Origin: Amoeboaphelidium protococcarum X5
Taxonomy: Eukaryota > Fungi > Aphelidiomycota
Direction of reading: 5' to 3'
DNA: 64,000 bases
Assembly (NCBI GenBank): GCA_023515725.1
Contig: JALDTO010000192.1
Coordinates: 496,001 to 560,000, forward strand
Shown here: positions 39,276 to 51,527 of the stretch, piece after piece
How the letters are laid out: every line of letters starts with the position of its first letter
Numbering within the stretch: position 1 is the stretch's first letter
Made by a program: the position numbers and the translations under genes
The notes under the pieces: generated by a model
Told to the model about the DNA's origin: nothing
The model's database searches: none
Seen by the model: only the letters and a program-made list of their open reading frames with translations

Positions 39276-39927
39276 ATGTGATTTCACTTTGCAATACATT
39301 TAACGCAGTAACTGTCAATCACTTGCGTTTTCTCGTAATCGCGTCATGTTGAAACTTATTTGCTCGCGTTTATCAACGCCAGTCGTCTGAAAGCATATAG
39401 ATTTGGATGCCTAGACACAAGGATACACAAAAGGCTACGTATCTCTTTATGAAGATGTTGACTTTACCATAATTTATATTTCGCAACCATCAAACCTGTT
39501 CATAGCGTTGGAGGCAGGTGGGTGGCTGCGTCAAATAAATAACGTCATACTCTTGTAGACGTTTGACTGGCTGCAGTGTTTAGCGAGATAGGTACTCACA
39601 TGTAATTTTTGAAGGAGAACGCCTATAGGAAACAATGAGCACAATTTTTAAGAATTTTTTCCTCAATACCCAAATCCTAAATTCTAAAAAGGTGAACTTT
39701 CCCAAACGTACCAAGACACTGACTGACCAGTTAACCACCTGACGGTCAATGACAGTTTTCAACGCACGCGTCGATCGTGGCTCTTTCTCTCTCCGCACTC
39801 TCGACTCAGGCGATGATCATCACCCATCATCAGTCCCTTCCTGTTGATTGTTCTTTTCCGGTTATCGCTCATAATTTATATATTACTTTTTAATCTATCG
39901 TCTTATAGAATACGTTCATCACTTATT

Positions 39928-42225
39928 ATGATAAATTCAGATAGTGATAGTGATAGCGATGCATTAAAGTTGGAGTCAGATCCCAGTAATGTGTCTGTAT
40001 TTCTGCTCATACAATTGCTCATCCTGACTCTGGTGGCATCATTTGTACTGAAAAAGTTCCGCATTAAAGTTGTGCATGAGACTCTGGTTGGTCTCGTTCT
40101 TGGGATGATTGTCGGTCTGATGTCTGTTGGAAAGTTGAGCGTTGCATTCGATAATAGATACTTTTTCAATCTACTCTTGCCTCCTATCATTCTATAAAGT
40201 GGATGGGAAATGGAAGTATCATCGTTCCTGTTCTACTTTTGGCGCATAATGTTGTTCGCTTTCCTCGGCACGTTCATATCTTCATTCATTGTTGGATATT
40301 TCATGTATCTGCTGGTTATGACTGGATCGCTTAACCTCACCATCATTGAATGTTTCATGTATGGAAGTATCTTGTCATCTACGGATCCTGTCACTGTGCT
40401 GGCCATGTTGAAGAACCTATCTCTGGACAAATCATTGTATGCTGTGATTTTTGGAGAGTCAGTCCTCAATGACGCGGTTAGTATTGTGCTCTACCAGACT
40501 CTGGAATCATTTAGAGGTCATCCGATAACTGGTGAGTCTATTGGCAAGGCATTGCTTCACTTTCTTTATTCATTCGCCACATCTTTTCTACTTGGCGTTG
40601 GAGTAGCGCTGTCTTGTGCTTTCATTATTGGTCGCGTGCTGAAAGGTATTGGAAGCTCCTAGTATGGCACTCTGGAGACGTGTGTTGTTGCATTAATTGC
40701 TTATTCCAGCTACTTTCTATCCAACGCGCTCGAACTGAGTGGTATTGTCTCTCTACTGTTCTGCGGTATTACTCTTAAGCATTATGTGCAGCCAACTCTG
40801 TCTCGTAGAACAAAGCGGACTCTGGGTTCTTTGTTCCAACTGACTAGCTAGTTGTCTGAGACTTTTATATTCCTTTATCTAGGGATTACTTTATTTGCTT
40901 CCTCATATCGTGGTAATACTGAAAGCACTAATGATACAAGTAAAGGAAATGATATTGACGGTGGACTCATCAACAATGGAGATGTTCAGGTGATGGTGTG
41001 GAAGCCTGCAGAGATCTTTTTGTGTTTTATTGGAGTACTGACTGCCAGAGCTGTGGTATTCCCACTCTCATGGATGGTTAATTTCTATCGGAACTCAAGG
41101 AAAGTTGGAATTTATCGAGCGTCTAAAGATGGATTCCAGTGGACAATGGTGACTTATAGATGGCTGAGAAGTAGAGTATCTGGTAGATCTAATTCTTCGG
41201 TTATCTTGCCGCAATAGCACAGCGATACGAATGGATAACAGTAATAATAGTAATAATTGAATCTTCGAGCGGCTATTCCAATGGCGCATTAGATCATTTT
41301 ATGGTTCGCCGGCCTTCGTGGAGCTATAGCGTTTGCCTTGAGTATGGACATGAAACCATCTCAGATTCCTCTCACTGTTAATGGTACTGCTTCTAATTCC
41401 ACGTTGATGAAAGATAGAACTCCCGTTGAAGAGATAAGAACTACTACCCTTGCCGTGTGCGTACTCAGTATATTAATTCTGGGTGGTAGTATTGGTTTCG
41501 TGGTACGATGGATATCTGAGAACGATAGAAGATAAATGAGGCGACCCTCTATTGGCTTCCTAAATCAAAATCACTCTAATAATAACAATAATGATAATGA
41601 GATTGATGGCAATAATGATAATGATTACTATGGAGATGACAACGATGAAGATGAAGATACTTACAGGTACGAACGCGATTTGAAATGGTTGAAGTGGATC
41701 GATGACAAGATTATGAGGCCCATTTTCGTCGGTAAACCAATAAAGTACAGTCGAAGTCAGGAAGATTTGGATGAACTTGAAATGGAATCTCAAGACAGCG
41801 GCTCTAATGAAAATATAGAATAATAGACTAAGCGAAAAGGCTCGACATTTCATAACGATTAGAGCTCTTTACTGGGTGGCATTTATCATGCCAATGATCT
41901 TCAGGAGACAAAATTGAAACCTTCAATGTCTGCGCAATTAGGCCTGTTCTCAGGATTGAAAGATTTTGACAATCAAGGTGACATTAATGCAAAGTAAGCG
42001 AATGGTTAAGGTAATAGTCAAAGCGATGCTCATCATTCTAGTAGTAAAAGTAATAGTAAGAGTGAGAATATGAATCGCACAGATTCTGTTTAATCTCTAG
42101 GCACTGTGCGGCGAAAATCTGGCATGTCGCAATATTTTCAGTCCTAATAACAACAAGAAAGTCCTTATGATCAATACAAGCCAAATTTTGGATTTGCAAG
42201 TGATGATGACACGTCAGCAAACTGA
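39928..42225 (+). CDS. NHX1: Endosomal-type Na+/H+ exchanger (NHX1/NHE6-like, CPA1 family)
   Basis: FFNLLLPPII, SSTDPVTVLA, IFGESVLNDAVSIVL, LSGIVSLLFCGI, WFAGLRGAIAFAL; TGA at 42223-42225. Confidence 0.92.
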
Positions 42226-42459
42226 CAAGCTAGAAATTCTCCCTGTCTGATAATAATGATACAGAAACTAATATCAATAAATAGATATCATTTTACCTTA
42301 TTTGCTTAGTTTCTCCACCACAGGCTAAAGAAGCGTTTCAACTGTCTGACTTTTGTTCATTCTTTGATCAACTTTCATATTGTTTAAAGTCTAACTAACC
42401 TTGCCTTTTTATATTCACTGTTATAATTATCTGATAAATAGCTTAAGTTATATTGCGAG

Positions 42460-42816
42460 ATGATTGAGATATTGGCTGTGGTGTGTATCGCTGTTGTAGG
42501 AATTATGTTTAGAAGTCCTGCAAAGAGTAAAGCTTTGAAAGAGGCTAGAGTTCATCCAGCCCCTGCGACTGATTCAAGTGATAGTAACAAGCAGCAGTAA
42601 TAGCAAAGTTCATAAAAGAAGAGTGACGCTGCTGCAGACGTTGCCACATCTGGTGTACCGGCTAACTTATAATAAAACTCTACCGGTTCGCCTGCTGCTG
42701 CTGCTCCTCAAGTACAAAGGGATTACAAGAAAATGCCCGATTATCAGTTCCCGCCATCGTTTGAAGAGCATGTGAAGAATCATCCACCACAATAAGCTAC
42801 ATCTCCTCAACAATGA
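42460..42816 (+). CDS. Small membrane-anchored hypothetical protein, 118 aa
   Basis: N-terminal hydrophobic MIEILAVVCIAVVGIMF; poly-Gln written CAG CAG TAA TAG CAA; TGA at 42814-42816. Confidence 0.65.
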
Positions 42817-43802
42817 GAGATTATAGTATGGTGATATTATTGTTTAAATTCAGACTTGTGATGTGATTTGCTGTATAAGTAATTGTTTTTGATTAGCAAA
42901 CTCTTACTAGAATGATCCCTTCTGTGACATATTTCCACTTTGAGATTACAGTATCTAGTTGCGCGCGATAGTTCTTTAAGTGAGCGGTTCAAGACTCGTT
43001 AAATTATTACGAAACATTAGTAGATTATTCAACCACTTAGGTAGGAGTGGTATCCTTGAGGCATACTCAATCCTAGCACTCAAACACGCATAAGAGAGTT
43101 CAAAGATTTCGCCAATCCGTCCCCTATTTCAAAATAGGCACATTAAGTAGCAAACGCAGCTTAATGTCAAGCGTGTGAACCTTGAGCGTCGGTCAGAGAG
43201 AGTGTTAAGGCTCATAGACTGCAAAATGTAGCTCCTATACATGTGCACAAGAGTCACTTTAACAATCATGAGTTGACTTCTGCCCCACATCCAACAATGG
43301 CACATATACAAACTTTCAAACAATACGGAAGCTTCCATAAAGGATTACTATCATTCTCAACTTTAATCTACACAAACGAGAGAGGACGCACAGAAAACAA
43401 ATAATATGGATGGCTTACCTGAAGAGCAGTTAGTTCATCTAGCGCGAGAACAGTACGCTTAATGATTACATACACATACATTGAGAGGTAATTACAGACA
43501 TCGGGTAGAGAATAATTTCGTATTACATGGTTACAGACGGCTGAGACGTTGCTTTTTCACGGAGCGCAGTGATGTTGATCCAGGAGTGAATAGCAAACAT
43601 TACGAGGAAAGAAAAAATCTCCTGATCCAATCTATCGGTTCGGGTTTGGGTTAGAGACCTTCTTTGTACAACACTATACTGCACATGAGTCAGTGGGACG
43701 GGCAAACGCTTGATTGTCTTAGGAAACACGCTCCTTTGCCACTGTTTCGGTTTCGATTAACACAACTCCTTAACGTCTTTCTGTATCTCAAAGAAAGTAA
43801 AG

Positions 43803-45938
43803 ATGAGCCAAAGTAACTATCGAACTATATCATATGTAGGCGGATTTGAAAAAGCGTGGAAAGGGACTGATGAAGAATAGAACGTTATAAGTAAATGCAT
43901 TGTTGACTATAATAGAATTAATCTGATTGGCTGCATGACCGTTCAGTTCTATGCTTTATCGTACTTGTGTGGTGATAGCGGTCTGAAAAGAAGTCGGTCC
44001 TCACCAATGTTGGATTTAAAGGTGATACGCGATATATTTCATCTCTTCGTATACGGTCATAAACGTTAAAAGGAATCGGACGTTTCTAATGAAGTCTCTA
44101 AACTCCTACTTACAGTGTTCGACCAAAATTAATTCAAGAGTTTGCAGGTTGAATACCCATCTGGGAGTGATTATAAGTATCTCTTCGCGTCTGCAGCAGA
44201 TCAGTTTGGTGTTGCTTGTTAAAATCACATTATTAGTAATCTTAGGAAGACGTTGAAGAGAGTTGTGGCATTTCATTTGAAGATTGCTGGACTCGGCGCT
44301 GTATTCAGGCTCAATGATTTGGTAAATCTTGCGTCAAGACGTCTCAATAGGCTGGAGAAATTTGCTGGCAATGATGGAAGCTCTGATGAACTTCAAAAAG
44401 TAGTTAAAAAGACTCGTGAGTTTAATGCTGACAGTATTGCTATGTTGGACGATGTACTTTAGGAATATTTTGAGGAAGTGATGGACATTAAGGGTTAGTT
44501 AGAAGCTGATTCGACGTTGGGAACAGTACAATATCCTCTTAGTGTATCAAAATTTAAGTCCAGCTGGTTTGTCTATCTCAGGCTCTTCTTAAAATGCATT
44601 CGTCAACTGGCGTGTGTACATTTGAGATATCCAAAGTTGCTTTCGTTCCCTGCCAAAAAGTTGCACATGATGACATTTACTAAAAGTGGTTTGGATTGCC
44701 TTCTGTAGCAGAGTCAGTTTTAGAAGCTGTTACATATTCCAACGCTAACAACTAAGTATAATGCTACACTGACTTCATTTTCTACGAACTTCAAAAAACT
44801 GTCGTTCAAATATGAGGTTTAGAAAGATGTCACCTCCGAATTGATCTCTGCAAAATGCATCAGTGTTGTGCCTAATCTTAGTTGTAGTAATTAAAGCACC
44901 ATTGGGAATGATTATATTGCCGCCTATCAGGATTTCAGCTCGGAGGATGAAGCGGAGTCCATGGAAGTCGATGATGATGATGAAGTCAATGATGATGATG
45001 GGAACTTGGACGAAATTGATGATTTGATTGAAGATGTAGAAGATTAGAATGATGCTGGTGAAGATGAAGATTAAGACTCTGATACTGAAGAAGGCAATAA
45101 AAGAAGATCAGTCTAATCTTGCTAAGCAATTAGATATTTCATAATGTCCACTGAAGACGCTAAAAGCACTATTAAGCACAAGGTGGAGTTGTCCGCTGAT
45201 CTTGGTATAAACTAGCTTATTGCAGTTTTTAGGCCGAATGACCAGCAGTAGTGTTTGCCGAAGGAGCAAATTAAATTTGATTAGGCGTATAGATATACTT
45301 TGGGGGGAGAGTAATACTTGCAGATGATTGGCGGCAAAGAGTTGGCTCAACGACAGCAGTCATTTAATTAATTCTGTTAGCAGTTTGCATTCCACTACTT
45401 CCCAGACTCTAGTATTTTTGCGATTTAAATGCAAGCTTGCTGCAGATCTCTTGACCAGTAGATTGAATTCTACTCGTCCGATCAGGCGCTCTAGTTGAAA
45501 TTTGACCAATAAGAGCTGAAGAGATAGGCAATTTCGGGAATGGTATCAAAGTTTCTTGAGATTACTGGTGCATTGAAATCTCAAGATAGAGATTCCTACG
45601 CTGTTTATATTGGAGACTTTTTTAAGAAGGGTGAAGTTAATCATAGATTCAGCTTGAAGTCATTTGTTAAAGTCTTAAACTAATACGCTGTGGTGTATAT
45701 TGTGCCTGAGCTGCGTACTTCTAGTCTATGCTACGAATGTTTGCGCAAGTAGATAATCTCATTCGTAGTACGAAGAAAGAACATTGCTGACTGCCCAAAG
45801 TGCAATTGGCGGTATGATGTAGATTAGCTGGTCGCAGCCAATACCTTCTTTCTGACAAGAAGTATAATCACTGATAAAGCTGGCAGTATCCCATAAGCAT
45901 TTATTCCCAGCAAGTATATTCCAAAAGTAGATGAATGA
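43803..45938 (+). CDS. Fanzor1/TnpB-family RuvC nuclease-like protein, 711 aa
   Basis: One uninterrupted code-6 ORF. RuvC-I LSADLG (D466); YIGD; VPELRTSSLCYEC (E636 plus CxxC); CPKC; YDVDQLVAAN (D674); N-terminal QNHIISNLRKTLKR resembling the Fanzor1 NHI..NF..RL.R segment. Confidence 0.85.
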
Positions 45939-46151
45939 ACCATTAGACTTATATATTGCACTTAAACACATTCACTGATGTTCTTAATGAATATTCTTCT
46001 TTCACGCCTTCTATGGCCATCATACCTACAAACTGACGCGAAATGCATTACTTCGAACGACTACAACGCCGAGCACATCGCATGTAACCCAATGCATCTA
46101 ATCAGACATTGCTGTAACTAGTGAACAAGAGATAAAAACTAGACAATTAAT

Positions 46152-46208
46152 CGTCGACATCCACGCTACAAGACTGAGGTGTGCAGATCCTTTTACGAGG
46201 AGGGAAAA
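46152..46208 (+). pseudogene. Isolated fragment of a TTP/Cth1-type CCCH zinc-finger gene
   Basis: RRHPRYKTEVCRSFYEEGK matches the HPKYKTELC lead-in. The remaining Cys/His ligands are missing and there is an in-frame TGA at 46122. Confidence 0.55.
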
Positions 46209-48201
46209 CCACCCACAGTTCCAACTCTAAACTACAGATTCATACTCTTCACCAAGTCAAGTACGAATACCTACTGTAATAAATAAACTACACACAAATA
46301 TCAAACATATCAGCGAGTTACAAATACCATGTAATATGTTTGAACACCATGAACGATCTAGATGGATATTGTGAGAAATTTCGCCCGATCAGATGTCCCA
46401 ACGAGAGCAATCAAGAATTCTCACTTGAATTCTGCAACACCGAAAAAGATACTCACAATTGTGAGCCAGCAATAGGAAATCGGCAGGCCAGATCACTTTT
46501 GTTGTAGTGAGATTATACAAAGAGACTTTATGGTTTAACATAAATGGGCTAGATCGCATAAGGATCTCCACATTCAGAGTTGATTAGCGAATCGTTAACA
46601 TCATCTTACAAATTGCAATATTGTACGGTACAATAATGCGGCAGCAAAGTTTTCTTTGATTATAGTCTTGCACTGGCAGCACCAACATATGCTATACAAT
46701 CCCAAACTTTAAGATACTACTAGAGATAGAACCGTAGATAGATGCTTTTTCAAATTATAGAAAGAAATAGATGCAACAACAGAGCTCCAAACCCAAAATC
46801 AACGAAGTTATTCTTTACAAAGTTGGTAACAAACAGGTAACCATCCAACAAAACAAAATGGCAATGACTTATCTGGACTCCTTCTTTTACAACATCATCT
46901 CAGCGCATCTTACCAGCTTTTTGATGTATTGACTGTCAGTTACAATTCTCATCAATATATCTATACAGATAAGTTAGTCCTTGATTAGAGTCAATTAAAT
47001 CTAACTTACAAATTATCATATGCTAATACTGTAGTCCTTACAGTAAATGGACATGTGTCAATATGAATCCGTCAAGATAACAGCTGCAAAGCATCAACTG
47101 GGTTTCAGAGTTGCTATAGACAATTCAACCATGCGGTCATAAAGCAATCCAATTGACCGAAAATGCAACATTTTAAGAGAATATTTAATAAGGCCTAAGA
47201 GGTATGTCTAAAGGCTAGCTTGATTAGAAGACACCAATGATTAACCAAGACAAAAGACTATGCCGAGCTTGGAATTCAACGCTGTGAGAGGAAGAATGTA
47301 AATTGGCAATAAGCGAGAGAATACATAGCGACTCAAAGAGGAAACCAATGCTGCACCGGTTTCATTGCTTCTTACGGTAGGACATTACTTCTTGTCCAAT
47401 TTGTGAGTAATTATCGGTTCTTTTCAATTTCAAAGTTCTTAATGGCGAATGAGATGTATCAGGATGCAACTTCATGAATTCTAATGCTGAAAAGTCTCAA
47501 TTTCGCGATTTGGTGGCTGTTAGACGCGTTGCAATGAAGACTTTAATTGGATGTAGACATCCTTCACAAATCGAGTATGAGAATGAAAGCAAACAAGTTG
47601 AAAACAATTTATATTAGCGATCGCTTAACATGCCAGTATATTCACTTTCACTTTTGCGTCTGTAGCAATTCTTACACCGTAGTTTTCAAGTCCTTTGTGC
47701 TATTGAAAACTTTCTTTAATCGCTTCCCGCCAAATTTGTCACCCTTCTTTGTACTCTCTTCAATGGCCAACGTCTTTTTCTCTAGCAACTCCAAGTAGAT
47801 GTAATATAATTGATGTCATCACTGGAAAATTGCAAGCGACGCTTGACCATCTCCTTCAGCACATGCCTGTCGGCATGTTTAATCTTGCGACCTTTGAGAA
47901 CTTTAGCGGATATGCTTTTCAGCCTTATCCTTTCTCTTGGTCTTTTCTTAATGTTTATTTCCCTATTTTGGCATTTTGGATAGTAAGGGAATGAAAGAAT
48001 ATGTAGTATTGCACAGCGATAGTAGTAGTCTCTTTTGATTCATGTAAAGAGGGGTGCCCAACGATACCGTTTTCGCTTCGGAGACCGAGGCTAGCTGGGT
48101 TGAGACTGTATTGCACAGCGATGACCTGTCATTGCATCACAATACTCTGTGATGTTGCATTCAGACTCAACGAGTTTTACATTAAGTGAGGTATAGTTGT
48201 A

Positions 48202-48564
48202 ATGGTTGCCACCAGGAGTTAAGTTAAGTATGGTCCGGAAGGTCCGCCATTAAAGCGCCCTATCGAACGTGCTGGTATTTTAAGACGCAGAGACGTTGCT
48301 GCTTTTTTAAACAGTCAAGGCGTGCTGAACGTGGACTCTGATTTTAAAAGAATTCTTTTTAATACTTATCGATACTCTGGGTATGATCTAGTGCTTTCTG
48401 GTTATCAATTGTTGAAACGAGAAGCCTCTCTTCTTTCTGAGGGATATCAGGGATCTCTTTCCAGGAGACAAATCTTGATCAGATTAATCAACAAGGGGGT
48501 CGTTTTGCGTGTAGCGGAAAGCGGATCAGAAAAGTTGCTTTTTAATAATGAATATTGTAGATGA
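48202..48564 (+). CDS. Small hypothetical protein, 120 aa
   Basis: ATG-to-TGA code-6 ORF MVATRSQVKYGPEGPPLKRP...; no recognisable domain. Confidence 0.4.
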
Positions 48565-49076
48565 TAAAAATAAATTATCTCTTGTGTGACGAGGCTATTT
48601 CGCAACTCTACATTGAACTGACAAGGTTGTGAAGTGCATTGAGGAGAGAATCACAATGTTTGTCGATAAGCCTGCTATTCTACATAGATACCCTACCTAC
48701 CTATATTTTAAGTATATAGATAGAAAATAAATAAATAGGTAGGTACCTACATTGTAAGTAGGTATGTAATATAATTAGCGGTGTGAAAGTTATCTATGAA
48801 CATCAATTTCTTTTAAATTCAGTTTTCATGAATGAAGTAAGACGCGATTACAATGCTAGTTTAGTAGTGTGTTTAGTGTCGTCTAGGGCAGTTACTTACT
48901 CTCTCTTCGCCTCCAATAAGCTTTTCAGCCTTTCTCGCCGTTATCGTTTTCTGTTAGACTTGACCGCGCCCTCGAGCTTTTCTATTGGATCGCCATCAGT
49001 GTTAAATAAGGCTCTTCATATTCCGTCCATCAATCGACTGTAAGAAATTAAGACATTTAATCAAATTGACATTATA

Positions 49077-50911
49077 ATGACTTCTAGAATCCAAGCGGCG
49101 CTGTCTGGCAATATTCTTTTGGATGAACTCTCGCCGTCGGAATTGTCAATGTTGGCCACTGAGCTGATTAATCTGCAGTTACGCGGCCTGTCTCCCGTGA
49201 TGTTAGGAATCTAATTGAAAGGCACTAAGGAGGTGTTACTGGAAGCCAAGATTCGACGCGATAAGTTGATTAGTAATGGCGCTCAGAAATAGATGTTGGG
49301 CGACTAGAGCGCATCTTAGCCGAATTAGTAGTAGGCGGCAATTGAGAATGTTGTAGAGGACAATTGGAGTGGTGATCTGAAATACAAGTCTGCCGCAGAG
49401 GAGAGAAATGAGTAGTCGGAGCTTTCAGCTAATGACGAATAGAAGTAGAAGGACTAAGATGATACTGGATCTCGGTAATTAAAAGTTGATCTAGAATGGC
49501 TCTCTGCTCCACCAGATTTTCTAAGTGCTAAAACAAAGTCGTATTCTACAGAGATGCAAGGAGATGTTAGATTCGCTGAAGAAGTGGTTGATAATACTGC
49601 AGATTAATCATTACCGGAACGCGCTGAATCTCTGTAATCTGGTGATAATGCGGCGTTTGACTAGGATTTACTCAATACCGTTGATCATCTGGTTGAAGAA
49701 GATGTCCACCTCGATGCTAATTCTATCTTTCTTTAAAGCGATCTCGATAAGGATGATTAAGATAATACGGATACTCTTGGTGGTTGGGGATAAGATTAAG
49801 CTGATTCATGGAATGATGGTACGGATGTTGATGAAGAGACATTGCCTAAAGACGAGGAGGAGTAGGAGGAAGAGGACGAACTTGAAGCAGCGGAAGATGG
49901 AGACTGGGGAGGTGATAATGAAGAGAACGAGAATGGATTGGATAAAGATGGAAATTCAACAGAACTGGAGTTGGACGTTTGGTCAGATGGCAAGGGAGAT
50001 GTAGAATGGGGCAATGAAGTGGAGGATGATTAGAATTTGAATATCGAAGTGGAAAATGACTAGAACTTGGATAATGAAGATTCTATCTCAAATAGTGGAT
50101 GGGGTGCATAAGAGACGGAATAAATCGAATCTTTACCGTCGATGGATGATCAGAAGGATACCTAAATAGACGTTTCAAAAGAGGATTAGAATGAGATTGG
50201 CAATCATGATCAGGTTACTGGTAATTCCTCTTAGGCGAGAAGCAACTCCTTCTATCCATCAACTGCCGGGGCATTTGCATCCAGTCTAGTCAATGGCGGA
50301 TACAGTAATAATAAGCCAAAGAAGATTCATAAAAGTGATAGTTCTCAGGCACCAAAGTTTAGATTTAAGTCTCAGGATTCGCATAGCAAGCCGAGCGATA
50401 ACTTTCACATCTCAACTGGACATGCTGCTAGTAATAGCGGTGTTAGTAGTGGATAATCTTCTGCATCAATAAAGTTTAAGCCATCCGCAGATTATAGAGT
50501 GGAAGAAGAAGAAGAAGATGCGGATGACTTGGATGTCGCTTTAGATAATGATATCGGCTGGGGTGATGATGACAATGGAGAGACTGATGATATTCCATTA
50601 GAAGCAGATGGCTGGGGTGGCTCTGAAGTGGAAGATCAACTTTCCGATACCTAGTCGCGCCATGTGCCATAAGATAACAATGCTTCATCGTTTAATGATT
50701 AGCGGGTGGATAGCTATGCGTAAAGGCATCAGAGTGGGCTGGCTTTGAATAGCACTCCTCTCGTGAATAACACGGATTAGGAGTATATCCGAGGTCGGTC
50801 ATCGTCTGTGAAGCGTCTGAATCAATATCCTCCCGGTTTCGGGCGTTAAAATGATGAGCTTTAGTCATTGCATAGTCATCATCAACAGCACATCAATACA
50901 TCTTGGAGTGG

Positions 50912-50957
<46 letters not shown>

Positions 50958-51290
50958 CATTATAATAATAATGGAACGATGCGGTCAAATTCAGTTGTAT
51001 CTAGCGTTGCTACCCGGGCCACGGTGACTATGAATGCTCCTACTGTTGAAGAGGCTACATGTGTCAGGATCATACCAGTCACACCGCAAGTAAAGTCTGC
51101 TCATCTGTACAAGTTGTTTGCCCGCTATGGTGAAATTCTATTTGTAAACATTGAGGATACAGTGATAAATGGCAGAACGGTGTTATCTGGTGTGGTGGAG
51201 TTCTTTGACTCTGCCTCTGCTGACAAGGCTTTTGAATCAATGTCTAATGGCGTCCTTTTTGGCTAATCTGTAACTCTTTAGCTGGAATGA
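49077..51290 (+). CDS. Acidic disordered protein with GW/WG motifs, poly-Asn and a C-terminal RRM, ~737 aa
   Basis: GGWG, DWGG, EWGN, SGWG, IGWG, DGWGG in D/E-rich sequence; (AAT)n at ~50916-50957; RRM LYKLFARYGEI...SGVVEFFDSASADKAFESMSNGVLFGQ. Confidence 0.8.
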
Positions 51291-51527
51291 TATGTATTTT
51301 GTGAGTATATCATTATAATTATAAAGTGATATTTCATTTGTACACTACGTCTTTCTCTACAGTTTGTACTCGTTTCTTATTATAGCCTCCATTGAACAGC
51401 AACAATGCCTTAAGTTAAATTCTAGGGGCCCAAAAGGAGATTAAGTGCGAGATTTGCTTAAATTATCAAAGGCTCAGCGGAGTTTCTATGCTTAATCTTG
51501 CATCTTATTGAATATAGCTCATAGAAA

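Noticed and set aside
42900-48800. A defined transposon (TIR, TSD or Helitron ends) around the Fanzor gene
   Set aside because: I could not find matching terminal repeats, a target-site duplication or a transposase by eye, so no mobile_element boundaries are called.
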